Part shown: one piece after another, positions 1-17,829 of the stretch
Layout: each line of letters opens with the position of its first letter
Numbering within the stretch: the stretch's first letter is position 1
Assembly (NCBI RefSeq): GCF_009914755.1
Contig: NC_060935.1
From: the human T2T-CHM13v2.0 reference genome, Homo sapiens
DNA length: 64,000 nt
Strand: one strand, 5' to 3'
Notes under the pieces: model-generated
What the model was told of the DNA's origin: nothing
The model's input: the letters and a program-made list of their open reading frames with translations, nothing else
Database searches by the model: none
Position numbers and translations under genes: made by a program

Positions 1-3000
1 TCATACCTGCTTATATAGTCGGCTCAAGCCTCTTCCCCAGCTCCCAAAAGTTGATCACACCTACAGTGTGCAAAACCTTAGGGCCAAGGAATTACCAAAG
101 CTGGTTTTTGAGGGTATGCAAATTGAGCTTGGATATTCAAACTGAAAGACTTACAAATGTCCTCTTTAGGCCATTCCTGGTCAGTATGGAACAGACAACT
201 AGGAAGAAATGGATGGGCCATGGCTTAGAGGCCTGCAATCAAGTCTTGTGTTTTTTACCATGTCCCTGGGAAGAACACTATGGTTTCCAAGACTCAAAAT
301 TACAACACAGGTCATTATGAAGACATTTGTCATGGTAGAAGGAAAGACAACATTTTATTTATTGTCTTTTCTTGCCCTGTACTTGGAAATATTGGGGGGT
401 CGTCATTTTTGAAAAATACATTCCTATCCCTTATGATATACTATTTCTATAAATATAGTATAAAAGTATACGGATGAAAATAACAGAACACCCAATTTTA
501 GTATTAATATAGTTGAGGAAATAAATGCTTTACCTTATCCCCTCAACTATATTTTACTGGACAGGTATTTCATGAGTTAATGTCACGCAAGAGAGTCTCA
601 AAGCTGAGAATGGAGATGCAAGCTCATGATCAAAGAATAATGAGGTAACCCTTGAGTCATTTAGCCGGTAGTGCATTTAAAAACAGTACACCTAACTGTA
701 ATCGACTTCAGGTTTCTCAGCCTTTCTTCAGCTACTACCATTGTCTCAAACCTTTTGTTAAATGTAAGGAAACACATTGATACAAGTTTCTTTGGAAGTT
801 TTTAATTATTGATTTTGAAACTTTTCCTTCTGAAATACCCTCCATATATTTTTGGGTTTCATTATATTTTTATAAAAGGAAGCAAAAGTTTTTCTAGTGA
901 TGCCAGCAGGTTAGAAATTTCTCTTATACTATGTCTCACAGTGAAGAAACAATATAACGATTGATCCAAAAATGCTTCCAACTTCAAAATAAGCATAACT
1001 GTTAAAAAATCAATATTATATTAGTTTTTATGTTAGCAGACAGATGCGAAGACTAGAAAACAAATATACTATACTAAGACTAACCTGAAAAAATAAGAAG
1101 ATGCAGTCATAAAAAAATCATAATTTCTTACCAAAAGGAGAACTTACAATACAAAAATAATTATTTTTTAATTAAAAGTTAAAATACTTCCATTTTAAAC
1201 ATTGAGTTTCAAAAATCGTAGTCATGCATGAGTATAAACAATGTACTACTCTACAGATCCAACTAGAAGATGAATGCTGTACGCCACGGGAAGAGGAAAA
1301 GCTAATACAGAAAAAAATTAGCAGCCTTTTATATTCCATTAAAAGCTCTGCTATGTGATAATTTATGATAGCTTTTTTCTTTGAAAATCATTATTTTATA
1401 ACAGTGAAATGGAAGCACTTGTCATATCTAGCTAAGTCTCTTAAAAACATCCCAGTCATATAGGGAGAAGCCAAACTGGAATGCTTAATTAGAATTCAAC
1501 TTTTTGTGACTTTTAAGTGTGCTTTTCAGCAGGTTGCTATTACAAGGTTCAGTTCAGCTGTCTAGTTAGAGACCACTGCGCTGACATACAAGGACACCTG
1601 TCTTCCTAAATCTCAATCTTTGCAGCTCATCCTTTCTAGCAGGTCAGAAGATATTTAATTTATGATATATCTCCTCAACTCTCTGTTTTTTATCAAAAAC
1701 AGGCAATGAATATTTATTGCCATTTGGCACTGCAAACAAAAAAAGAAGTAGAAAATCAACAAAACTGTTGATTAACAATAAATTTCTGTAGGGGAAAGGA
1801 AACAATAAATTTCTGTAGGGGAAACACAGTCTATCACTTCATGGCATGCACATACAGTCCCCAGAATGAGGATGTTTAGACAAACAGAAGATTATCTGCA
1901 TGTTTCAGTTTTATGTCAAGTAAAAGACAAAAGAGAACAACTTACGTGGGCCATATTTGGTTATTCAAAGAAACACTTAGGAAAACAGAGGGTTGTAGAA
2001 TTTTAGCATCAATTTCTGAACTTCTTACTTACATTGTTTTATTGTGTAAGCTGTGATTAAATAATGCAAGAAACAATTAAAAAGTAAACAATTTCAACAA
2101 ATATTTGATTTGTTGGATGTAACAATATGACTAACGTTTCACCACCACCGTTACCCACCGAATGAATAAATTTGGAAACTGACTAGTCTCATCACAGCAA
2201 CCTCAAAACTGATGTGGCTAAATGCTAATCAAAAGACGATTTTTGAAACGTTTGTTTTCAGTGGTGAAAATAGATTTTTCTTCCAGTGTGAGATATTACA
2301 CTTCATACTAGCATGAACACACTTAGATGGCAACATATAAATAGATAAACATGTTTATTTATATGCTTGGAGAGAAAAGAATAGTTAACAGTATCAAATT
2401 TGTTTCTATAATTTTGTCAAAAATTCATTAAAGTTTTTTTTTTCTTTTAGCTTCAAACAAAACTTTGATCCTATATTGGGGTTTGCTAAATCTGACTTTT
2501 GAGAGAAAATGCAATAAGAGTGAAATTTAGACAAGCTTCAAAGAGCAATTTATCAAGGAAAAAACAGGAAAAAATTAGAAATAAATGTACAAAGCAACAC
2601 ATTTCAAGAATCTGTACATTCTTTTTTTTTCTGTGACTAGTTAGCCTTTTGGCCAATTCTTGCTAGATAGCATATTTATGAATATTAATGTCTTATTTAT
2701 GTCTACACCATTCAACAAATGATATCAGGGTAAACTTTCTATGTGAATGCAAATGGATATGAGAATTGATGGTGCTGGCTACTGAGATAAAACAATAAGT
2801 ATAGCGTAACTTATTTCTTTCCAGAAATTAACAATTTTATCTTTATAATTATGCTGTTTTGATAGAGAAACAAGTATGGGGACACAGTATATCACCATTA
2901 AATGATATGGACTCTGTTGTGTAGGAAGAATTCAGATTATGGGTTACAGAGTCATCTCTGGACCAGGCCCATGGATTTCAGTGATTTTACATAATCACAC

Positions 3001-3694
3001 TCAGTAAAGTTAACAATTTTATCATAGTTTCCCTTATAAGTGTACCAACTAAGAAGATCAACAGTTGTTTTGAGTTAGTTTGATTTTAGTATCAAGATTA
3101 CAGAAGTGGAAAGCAGATTTTGTTCATATCTGTATGTTTCTAATTCATCAATTAACATCATCTGGTATCTTCACCTCGAGTTCCAGAATTTCTAAATCTA
3201 TATGTATATTCTGCAATAATTCTTAATGTCCATATTCTTAATTTTAATACTAATTTTGAAAAATAGCATTTATGCAAGGTTTATACTGTATAACATACTG
3301 CTCTCAATATTTGTCACATATTAACTTATTAAATCCTTGTAAGATTTTATATTATATGAGGCAAATAGTATAATTATGCACCAATTTACAGGTGAGTTCT
3401 TTATTATTGGAGTAATAAATCCCCACTTAATTAATTGATTAAATCATTTCCTTATCTACAACTGTTTAATATCTATTATGTTCTAGGCATTAAAATGGAC
3501 AAGAGGGCACAACCCCCAATAAACTATTCTCTCTTTTCACAGAGCTTATAGTCCAGTAATGGAGCAGTGAAATTAACCAACAACTACAATATAGTTAGTT
3601 CTAATAAGTGTATGTAGAGACTACCTTAAGGTCACCAAAAGGGCCCATCTAAGATGACAGTGATGGTCTTGAAACACTTTCTAGTGTATGAACC

Positions 3695-4144
3695 TCTGGT
3701 GCTTGATTGTATGTGTCAACTTCATTTCATTATGAGATTCTCAGTTTAAGTATTATTTCTGCATGTGTCTGTGAGAATGTTTCCAAATTAGATCAGCATT
3801 TGAATCAGTGGATTCAGTAGATTGCCTTCCCCAATGTGAGTAAACACCATCCAATCTGTGGAGGCCAGTAATAGAATTGAAAGGCCAAGAAAGCAGAAAT
3901 TTGACTCTTCTTTCTGCCTGCCTGCTTGAGCTGAGACGTCAGTCTTCTGCCCTTGGACTGTAATTTACACTGTTCACTCACCTGGTTCTCAGGCCTTCAG
4001 ACTCAGACTGAATTACACCACAGGCTTTCCTACATCTCCAGCTAGCAGACTGTAGACTGTGGGACTTTTTGTCCTTTTTAATTATGTGACCAATTTCTCA
4101 TAATTAAATCTTTATATATAAAATAGGATATATACATATCTCCT
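3695..4144 (+). mobile_element. MLT2-family (ERVL) solo LTR, 3' end missing
   Basis: Typical MLT2 motifs: 'atgtgtcaactt', 'gtgtctgtgagaatgtttcca...tagcatttgaatcagtgga', 'ggttctcaggccttcagactcagactgaattacacc', followed by a TA-rich tail. Confidence 0.8.
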
Positions 4145-4949
4145 CAACGAAGTAATAGCTATGTTGAAAAGGGTTTATTTAGGGATCAAAAGTCATTCCA
4201 GGCAAAAGGAATACTGTCTATGAACATAATTTAATTATTTGCAAGCAGTCTTTGCCTGTAGCCATTTGAATTTTTATTATTTTATTTTATTTTAAGTCCT
4301 AGAACATATGTGCAGGATGTGCGGGTTTGTTACATAAGTAAATGTGTGCCATGATGGTTTACAGCACCTATCAACCCATCAAATAGGTATTAAGCCCAGC
4401 ATGCATTAGCTGTTTATCTTGATACACTCCCTCCCCCTGCCCTCACCCACGGGCTCCAGTGTGTGTTGTTCCCCTCCCTGTGTCCATGCGTTCTCATTAT
4501 TCAGCTCCCACTTATAAGAGAGAACATGCAGTGTTTGGTTTTCTGTTTCTGTGTTAGTTTGCTGAGGATAATGGCTTCCAGATCTGTCAATGTGCCTGTA
4601 AAGGACATAATCTCATTCCTTTTTATGGCTGCATATTATTCCATGGGGTATATATACCACATTTTCTTTATTCAGTCTATCACTGTTGGGCATTTGGGTT
4701 GATTGCATGTCTTTGCTATTGTGAATAGTGCTGCAATGAACATATGTGTGCATGTATCTTTATAATAGAATAACTTATATTCCTTTGGGATATACCTAGT
4801 AATAGGATTGCTGGGTCAAATAGAATTTCTGATTCTAGGTCTTTGAGGAATCGCCACACTGTCTTCCACAATTGTTGAACTAATTTATATTCCTACCAAC
4901 AGTAAAACCATTCCCATTTCTCCACAGCCTCACCAGCATCTGTTGGTTC

Positions 4950-8530
<3,581 letters not shown>

Positions 8531-10350
8531 GCTAGCTGGCTATTTTGCAGACTTGATGTAGTTGCTTTCTATTGGCATTGGTCTCTGTACTTCAGTATGT
8601 TTCTGTAGTGGCTGGTAATGGTTTTTCCTAATATTTAGTGCTTCCTTCAGGAGCTCTTTCAAGGAAGACCTGGTGGTGATAAATTCCCTTAGCATTTGCT
8701 TATCTCAAAAGGATTTTATTTCTCCCTCGCTTATGAATCTTAGTTTGGCTGAATATGAAATTCTGGGTTGGAAATTATTTTCTTCTTGAACGTTGAATAT
8801 TGGCCCCAATCTTTTCTGTCTTATAGAGTTTCTGCTGAGTGGTCTACTCTTATGCTGATGGGCTTCACTTTGTAGGTAACCCTGACTTTCTTTTTGGCTG
8901 CATTTAACATTTTTTCCTTCATTTCAACCTTGGGGAATCTGATGATTATGTGTCTTGGGGTTGATCTTCCTATGGAATATCTTACTGGCATTCTCTGGAT
9001 TTTCTGAATTTGCATGTTGGCCTATCTTGCTAGGTTGGGGAGTTCTGGATGATATCCTGAAGTATGTTTTCCCGTTTGATTGCATTCTCCCCATCTCTTT
9101 CAGTTACTCTAATCAGTCATAGGTTCAGTCTTTTTACATAATCCCAAGTTCTCAGAGGTTTTGTTTGTTCCTTTGCATTTGTTTTTCTCTAATCTTCTTG
9201 GCCTGTCTAATTTCAGCAAGATAGTCTTCAAGTTTTCAAATTCTATTCTCTACTTTGTCTACTCAGCTATTGATACTTGTGGTTGAATTGTAAAGTTCTC
9301 ATGTTGTGTTTTTCATCTCCATTGTCTCACTTATGTTCCTAAACTGGATTTTCTGGTTAACAATTCTAGTAATGTTTTATCTTAGTTCTTAGTTTCTTTA
9401 CATTTGGTTAGAAGATGCTCCTTTAGCTCAGTTAAGTTCATTATTACCCAACTTTGAAATCTATTTCTGTCAGTTCATCCATCTCGGCCTCATCCCAGTT
9501 CTGTGCCCTTGCTAGAGAGGTGTTGTAATCATTTGGAAGAGAAGAGGCACTCTGGCTTTTTGTTTTCGGCATTTTATTGTTGATTTTTTCTGATTTTTGT
9601 GAATTTATCTAGCCTTAATCTTTGAGGATGTTGACTTTGAATGGGGTTTCACGGGGACTTTTTTGTTGATGCTGTTGTTGTTACTTTCTGTTTGTTTCTC
9701 TTTTAACAGTCACTCCCTCTTCTGTAGAGCTGCTGCAGTTTGCTGGGGGTCCACTCAAGACCCTATTTACCTTGGTCCCTCCCACACCTGCAGGTGTCAC
9801 CGTTGGAGGCTGCAGAATAGTAAATGTGGCTGCTTGCCCCTTCCTCTGGGAGCTCTATCCCCAAGGGGCACCAACCTGATGCCAGTGGGAATGCTCCTGT
9901 ATAAAGTGTCTGGAGACCCCTTTTGGGGGTCTTACCCAGTCAGGAGGCACTGGATCAGGGACCCACTTAATGAAGCACTCTGGCTGCTCCATGACAGGAG
10001 GGGTGTGCTGTGCTGGTGGGGAATGCCACTGGTCAGGACTGCCCAGATTCCTCAGAGCCAGCAGGGGGAAAGACTAAGTCTGCTGATCTGCAGAGACCAT
10101 GGCTGCTCCTCCCCCAAGGGGCTCTGTCCCTGGGAAATCAGAGTTCCCTTCATAAACCCCTAGCTCTAGGGAGTTGTTGAAATTCCTATAGGGAGGCCCC
10201 ATGCAGTGAGTAGAGATGGGTCTAGGTCTGGCCTAAAGAGGCAGTCTGGCCATGATCTGCCACAGCTGCTGTGCTGTGCTGTGGGGAATTCCTCCTGAGT
10301 CCAAACTTCTCAATCTCCCTGGCACCAGCAGGGGAAAAATGGCAGACTGA

Positions 10351-10520
10351 AGCCGCAGTGATGGCAGCCAGTACTCTCCCCAGGAGCTCAGTCGTCTTAG
10401 GCATCAGGCAGCCGCAGTGATGGCTGCCACCCATTCCCTAGGGAGCTCAGTCATCTTACGCAGCAGGCAGCTGCAGTGATGGCAGCCACCTCTTCCGCTG
10501 GGAACTCAGTAGTCTCAAGC
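10351..10520. repeat. Three ~59-bp tandem units inside the L1 5'UTR
   Basis: Units start at 10351, 10410 and 10469, each 'agcYgcagtgatggcWgcca...ggaRctcagt..tct'. Confidence 0.85.
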
Positions 10521-12241
10521 TGTCTCCAGCATAGCATCCACTGAGAATCTGCACAGCATAGTGTTTAGGACCCAAGGCCTTGGTGGCCTGGGCTCACGAG
10601 GGGATCTCCTGATCTGTGGGTTGCACAGATCCAAGGAAAAAGCATGGTTTCCCAAGCGGGGTAGCACAATCACTCACTGTCTCCCTTGGCTGGGTGGGAG
10701 CTCCTCTTGCCCCACGCAACTCCGGGGTGGGCTTTTGTGCCACCCAGCTTTTCCTCTCTCTCCGGGGATCGCACCAATGGCCTAGTCAGGCCCAGTGAGA
10801 GAACCTGGATACCTCAGTTGCCAGTGCAGGATTCTCTCACTGTTTTCATTCTTCTCAGTGGGAGCCTCTGACCATAGCTGTTTCTGGTCAGCCATCTTGG
10901 CCAAGTCCAACCATAATTTGAATTTTTGATGAGTTAGGCATTTTAATCATATGCTCTAAAGATGGTAGAAGGAGTGGATTTTTAAACAATGAGACACCAC
11001 TCTTGAAGAGTGGTTTCAAGATTGTAATGAAATAATAAAAGCAACAAACTTAGCACAGGTCCTGGAGAAGATGGTAAGTAATGAACAATTGTAGCCTTAG
11101 ATCCAACTACTTTAACTTATACAGGAGGATTCTGTGTTTCTATAACTAGGGCAGCTGCTCTCAATTGTCTATGATACAATTAGATTGACCTGAAATCTTG
11201 CAAAAAACAAACAAACAAAAAAAAATGAGACAGCCTGGGTAGATGACCAGCAGCCAAATTCAAAATATTTTATTTCCTGTTTAATTCACAGCAAATCTCA
11301 TGATATGATAAAAATTGTGTCTGCTTATTTAAAAAAAGATATGATTAAACTTTATTGTAAGTATATAATTATAATATTTAATTTTTGAGGGGAGAAAGGG
11401 AATTAGATCCTAAAGAAAGCTGGAAACACTGTAAAATGCCTCTATCAAAAAGGTCTTGCAAAATTCCCATGTTGATTGTTCTCTAAGCTGTTAATTTTGT
11501 AGCTTAATCTAGCTCTGTGTACATGTGTGTCAATTCCCCCAAATGTCTCTTGCTACTAAAATTGTTACAAATATGCTGCTGCAATTTAACAGACAGAACA
11601 TGTTGTTTTGATTATAAATTTACATAATTTATTTTTATAGTTTAATCAGTCCATGATCTAAACATTGTTTCACACCCAATACTTCAAATAGGCAAGGTAT
11701 CATAGCATTTAGAGTGCTACATCTGGAGGCAGACAAACCTTGCGTTCTCTAATTCAGGCAACGCAGGTAATCCTAACACAGCCTTCCTTTCTAGGAACTA
11801 TTACCAAAATGTTTGCCTTCTTGATTTATCAGGGTTGAAGGTAGTCTCAGTTCCTGTTTTAATTTTTTTCAGATGTGTGTCAGTCATCAGTTCTTGTGAG
11901 TCTCATTGTAGGAAACACATTTTACATATCTGATCATATGAACTCCTTACTCCTTTAAGTCTTGTCACTAAACTTGGGGCCAGAAGGCAGCTCCTTTATG
12001 ACTCTTTCTCTTTAGAGACTTACAGCACAAAAGCAGCTTTCTAAATAAATCTCTCACTACTATCCTTCTCTTCTGTCTTAATCCATTAATGTTGTAGAAG
12101 TCGATCAAAGAATTCAAGTGGTACAAAACAGATACCTCTTCATTCTCTTTATGAAATATATATAGAGTCAGAGATTCATTGTTTTACTTTCACTTTTACA
12201 TTCATAAAAAATTCAAAATGGTGGCCAGAATACTGTTCTAA

Positions 12242-12611
<370 letters not shown>

Positions 12612-13211
12612 TGTAATATGTGTTTTACATATAATTTAAAAAGTGGAAAACTAAAAGCTTTGAACCCATGTTCAAAGATTGAGATTTGTAAGTCTGATTC
12701 TAAAAAGAGAAATGATATAAGTGCAAAATTTTAACAAACATGTCTGTAGCTTTCTAATATGCTAACAGTGACCCAGAGTCTAAGATTACATATACAAAAA
12801 AATGATTTTTATATGCTCTTGATATCTCCAGCATTATATAAGTTTTTAAAGACACTTTTTAAATTAATATAATCTCTTCAGAAAAAAATGAGAAAATACT
12901 CAGCCAAGCCATATGGACACATATTATTATCGGTTCTGTATTTTGTATTTTTGTGTATGCATATGAAATGTGCTGCAAATTTATTATAAGCTTATTTTTC
13001 AACACAAAAATAATGATAAACAGATATACATATTAATAGGAAACAACATAAATATATAAGAGAATGGCATAGTGAATTATGGAATATCAATAAAGAAAAA
13101 TACAATATTAAAAATTACAGTTTCACAGACACAGAGGAAAGTCTTATTCATTTTATAAAACCGAAATATACAAGGTGGCTGCAAATATGTAAATAGCATA
13201 TGCATATGCAT

Positions 13212-13575
13212 GTGTGAGTCTGTTTTCCATTGCTATTGTAAAACATTACCACAACATAAGTCATCTAAAACAATATAAATTTATTACTTCCCAGTTCTGA
13301 AGATCAGAATTTCTACACCAGTCTCATTGGTTTAAAAGCATGGTAACCACAGGATTGTTTTCCTTACTAACATCTCTAGAGAGCATCAGCATTTAAGCTC
13401 ATTCAAATTGTTGGCTGAAAACAGTTCCACATGGTTGTAGGACTAAGGTCCTCATTTCCTTGCAGGCTATTTTCTGGAGATTGTTTCCAATCTCCAGAAG
13501 CCATCCACATTCCTTGGTTCATTGTCTCTTCCTCTTTCTTCAAAGGCAGAAACATCAATAGAGTCTTTCTCATTA
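13212..13575 (-). mobile_element. MLT1 (MaLR) LTR fragment
   Basis: 'ttccattgctattgtaaaacattaccacaa...taaaacaatataaatttatta...cagttctgaag' is the MLT1-type terminus. Confidence 0.7.
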
Positions 13576-14559
13576 ACGAGAATTATAACATCTTTTAAAA
13601 CCCTGTAACATTATCTGGTCAAGAGTGTATTTTATAGCCAAACAAAATAGTGAATGAAATCTTATCCAGTCAAAGAAATAAAGAGCAAGGTACTATTTAA
13701 CTACTTTTGCCTAAACTCTAACATTCTATAAACTCTTTGAGAGATTAACTATAATCCTGTCACAAAACTTTGTGAAGCAACACTTATGTATGCAGAAGCA
13801 CAAAATAATGCTCAGAGATTATCTAACATTTGTGAAAAAACAAAGAAATCCCTAAAATAGAAGAATGTATTTGGAGACTCATAAAAGTAAAACCCTAAAG
13901 TCTCAGTGAAACTCAAAATCTTATCTGGATGTCTAGTCATATTCAACGTTTCTTCCTGTATTATTTCTGCAGTTGCTAAAAAAAGGTTTATTGCTATGGA
14001 TGTACTTAACATATTTTAGAAATTTGTATCCCTAAAGGTTATACTAGCCATACAAACCACAATTTCTAGAACTTAAATAATATAGTCCACAGATAAAAGT
14101 AAACCACTGTCTCCTAGTTAATTATGTTTTGGTGTGAGACATCCTAATGCCAGATCAGTTTAAATTATCTTTTTAAATGAGGGAGAGAGAGATTACTTCA
14201 GGGAGAGATGACAAGTAATTGTTTATCTGAAGCACATATGGCCAGACACCAAAGAGACTAAGTCAACTAGCATAGTTAATTAATCACTATAAGACAAGAT
14301 GTGGGTGGTTTAATGCAGAGTTCTTGGGCCAAAGATATAGGAGAGATTTATGTATTTTATTAAATATATATATACATACATATATTTCTTCCCCAAAACA
14401 TGCTCACAGAAAAACAAGTGGCAAGAATCCTAAGCACATATGCCCCCGCAACAGAGGGAAACAGCAATCACTGAAGGAGCACAAAATCCTGCTTGGATTT
14501 TGTTTGTTTGATTTTGTTTTATTTCGTTTTAAACTGTGGACCAAAGCTTCATTATGGGA

Positions 14560-15720
14560 TGAGAATACAGTTAGGAAAGCCAAAATTAACAGCTGATGCT
14601 GACAAGTTGGGCATTCAGCAGTGACAATAGTTTTAGATCAGTTTGGAAGAGAAGGGTTCCATGCAGTTGAGATAATGCATCACTTCCATATTTGCCACCA
14701 GGGCTGACTCATTCATTATCCCATTGCACAGTTACAGAATCTCCCAGAGTAAATTGGCTGATGTCAACTGGAGGAGTAATCCTTTCCACTTAATTATGTA
14801 GTAACTTTGCTACAATGAATGTTGTCTACTAGGAAGAGTTATGATCCAAAGATGCACATCCTGTTGACCAACTCTCATAGATCCATTCACGTGCCTCTTT
14901 CACCAACTTTTTTGTCCCTAATCTAACTTTCCTTCTCTTTAGCTCTAGAACAATCAACAAAATCATTCTTTCCCATTCATGAATTCATATATATCATGAA
15001 CTTTAGCTACTTCTTTTCTACATGAGATGTACAATAAATTACAGTAACCAAGTACATCTATAGGAAGACTTTTTCCTTACTATGTTCTTTAGTATCATTC
15101 ACAGTAAGAGTTTAGTGATACAGCAATTCATTTGTGGCTTGTACCTACATATGGTAGATAATTCATGTCTGAACCAACTTTGAGATTTACTTCTTTTGAA
15201 AGGAATTATAAGAGACATCTTATTATAAAATAGGTATGAGCTGAGGAAGAGACATTGACCCCAGGGTGATAGGTGACATAGGGAATGGAGCAACTTGTTC
15301 ATGGAACTTCCTTATGACTTCCAGACCTGTTCAAGCTCAATTTCATATGTGCCACTTTTATTTTACAATCTATTGCAGTAGGGCTCATCAGACCTTATGA
15401 GTTGGTGGTAACACAACCCAGCTCACAATGGCCTATTCAGACTACATAGTCATGTGAGGTCTTAGGTCAGGCACTCCATCTCTATCAAAGTACAGTCTCA
15501 TACAAGAGCAACGATCCTTTTTTTCTACCTATCTTTTTCCTAGATCCATCATTTTCTCCATATTTTATTAACAATCTCCAAAAAACTGTGGCTGAGGATA
15601 CTTGGCTGCCATTCTGATCTTGCTGAATATTGCATTAATTATGCCCCAAATAATGCAGTAGCTTACAGGATATAAAACTACCTAAGAGTTGAAGATTCTC
15701 AAGTTTCTTTATACACATTC
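14560..15720 (-). mobile_element. ERVL-class internal remnant (pol tether/RNase H region), heavily degraded
   Basis: Minus-strand translation with frameshifts and stops resembles ERVL pol. Near 14880-14925 it reads 'IRDKKV(W)GRG..MDL' (cf. IGDKEIWGRGMWMDL). Near 15410-15500 it reads 'LIEMECLT...HMTM*SE*AIVSWV' (cf. LVETERLT..QVTMRPELPIMSWV). Confidence 0.7.
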
Positions 15721-16439
15721 TCCACCATCTGAAGTTTCAAGGTCCCACTATTTCCCTACTACTTTTGTGATTTTGCCATTTTGTATATGCCCCAACTAAG
15801 AATCCATCTTTGATACCTTGATAATCTTCCATTAGGTTGTGTTTCTGGGTTTTTAGATCTATCTTATGTGAAGCTGCAGAAGATGAGTGTGTCTTTAAAT
15901 GTTACAGATGAGGCTCTCCAATTCTCACATTTTGCTTTAAATTGTGAATCAGTAGGGCTGAGACTCATTTTGCTCTTCGGTGAATTAATTGCACTTATTA
16001 AAAATCACTAAATTCCAGACTACGCAATAGTTACCAATCCTCCCATGCTTCTCAGTTTCCAGGGACATAAGCTAACCAGGCATTCTCTTTACACTTTATC
16101 TGATCTAAGCTCACTACAGGTAAACATCTTGGCAAATACATTGCTATAGCTTTCCAGGGACTTACAAAACTCCATTTACTACCAATAATAATACCCTCAT
16201 TACCACTGTTTGTTGAATGATTTACTTCTTTAATCTTATCCTTATAGTCTGTTTCATAGGGCCACAAATGGCATCAACTCTTTTATAATAAAGTTCCTAG
16301 AGACAGAGGTAAAGATAAGATTTTTTTAAAGTTCTTTATAAACAGAGGTTTCTCGGGGGTGGGACAACTGAAAAACAAAACCATAAGTTAGAGAATAAAA
16401 CAAAATAAGAAAGTCAAACAAACAAACAAACAACAACAA

Positions 16440-16780
16440 CAAAAAAGAAAAAATGCTGAGTAACAGTACAATGTCAGGAAATGCTTACCTTTGTCTTAAT
16501 TCACAGGGGGAGATATCTGTAAATAAATTAACCACCAGTATTGTTCTCTTTGAAGGCATGGAAGTCCCCTTTATGTACCTGTAGCAATCAATCACTGGCT
16601 GTGGGTCATTCAAAGAAAGGAGGTCAGTGTAACTTCCAGGGTTAGAAAAAGCTCTAGTCAGTGAAGGGCAATTGTCTAGAGAAGGAAGTACGCTGTGGGC
16701 CATCAGAAACTGACAGCAACTGGGGAATGGGCATGCCAGCCAGGAAAGGAACTATTGGAAGTTTTAGCACAGGGTATACA
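16440..16780 (-). mobile_element. Old ERVL-type LTR fragment, possibly the 5' LTR of the adjacent ERVL remnant
   Basis: 'caatcactggctgtgggtc...gtgtaacttccaggg...agggcaattgtctagagaagg...cagcaactggggaatgg' resembles old ERVL LTRs. Confidence 0.45.
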
Positions 16781-17355
16781 TGGGCAGAACCTCTCTCTCT
16801 TTCTGTCTGTCTCTTTCTGTCTCTACCCTACCGTTTTATAAAAACCATGCACACACACACCCACAGTCTTGCTTCTTGTTTTGAATAAGAGCCAGCTATT
16901 GTTTAGGCAGTGAAAAATAAAATATAAATAAAATGACAAGAACTCACTGAGATACCAACTTAGTGGTATTAAATTTTGAAGTGTGTAGGAGACAAGTTCT
17001 AAAAGTGATATAGAGAAAGACACAAGGATAAGGTTTGAAGCAAGTACAAATTTGAACTTATCCTGCCCTCACAGTGACTGACTGTCAAGAAGACTGGATC
17101 AGACAATTTAATAGGCCATCTTAAACTTTATCAGCTCTTTCTGAGAGTTCTATGCCAGATCTCCAACAAATAAACAAAATACTAGGAAAACCACATAGAT
17201 AAATTCCCAGTACATCTGTGAGGCATTCTCGCATAAAACGGATATTTCAAAACATAACAGAGCTGAGTTAATCACTGAATGTAAAATGAAATATTAGATA
17301 GAATTATCCACATAGACTACATGGCCGTAGTCACCAAAATTTTAATGCTCTACTA

Positions 17356-17581
17356 TAGAAGTCAGCAAATTACAATCATAGGTTAAGTTCAGCTCATGAC
17401 CTGGTTTGTTTTCGCTTTTTTTTTCTTTTAACAACACGTGAGATAAGAATAATTTTTTACCTTTCAAACGGTCATGAAAGAAGAAACTCAATACAGGGTC
17501 TGGGACAGGACTGTATATGGCTTTCAAAGCCTAAAGTATTTGCTATCTGGCCTTCATAGAGAGCATGTTTTGAGGCTTCTA
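17356..17581. mobile_element. MER58A-like hAT-Charlie DNA transposon
   Basis: 'gtcagcaaattac...gactgtatatggc..caaagcctaaagtatttgctatctggccttt.atag' match MER58 ends. Confidence 0.7.
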
Positions 17582-17829
17582 TAATTCAGATATGATTCAG
17601 GTCTCTTTAAAAATTTCTTTCACCAAAATTTCTTTCACTGTAAGAAAGCAGAGCAGCAAACACTCTTTAGTTTTAGGACATACTCCATATCCTCAACTTC
17701 TACTGATATTGCAGTTGGACCATGAGTAGTGAGAATAAATTCTTTTATATGTTATTCTTTCTTGAATATGTTATGGCCACAAATGCTCAATAAAATATTA
17801 CAAAAATGTGACACCCATAATTTCTGTAT

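Noticed and set aside
9663-10163. 166-aa plus-strand ORF as an ORF0-like gene
   Set aside because: Antisense frame in a decayed old L1 5'UTR with a TTG start; no similarity to ORF0 that I can support
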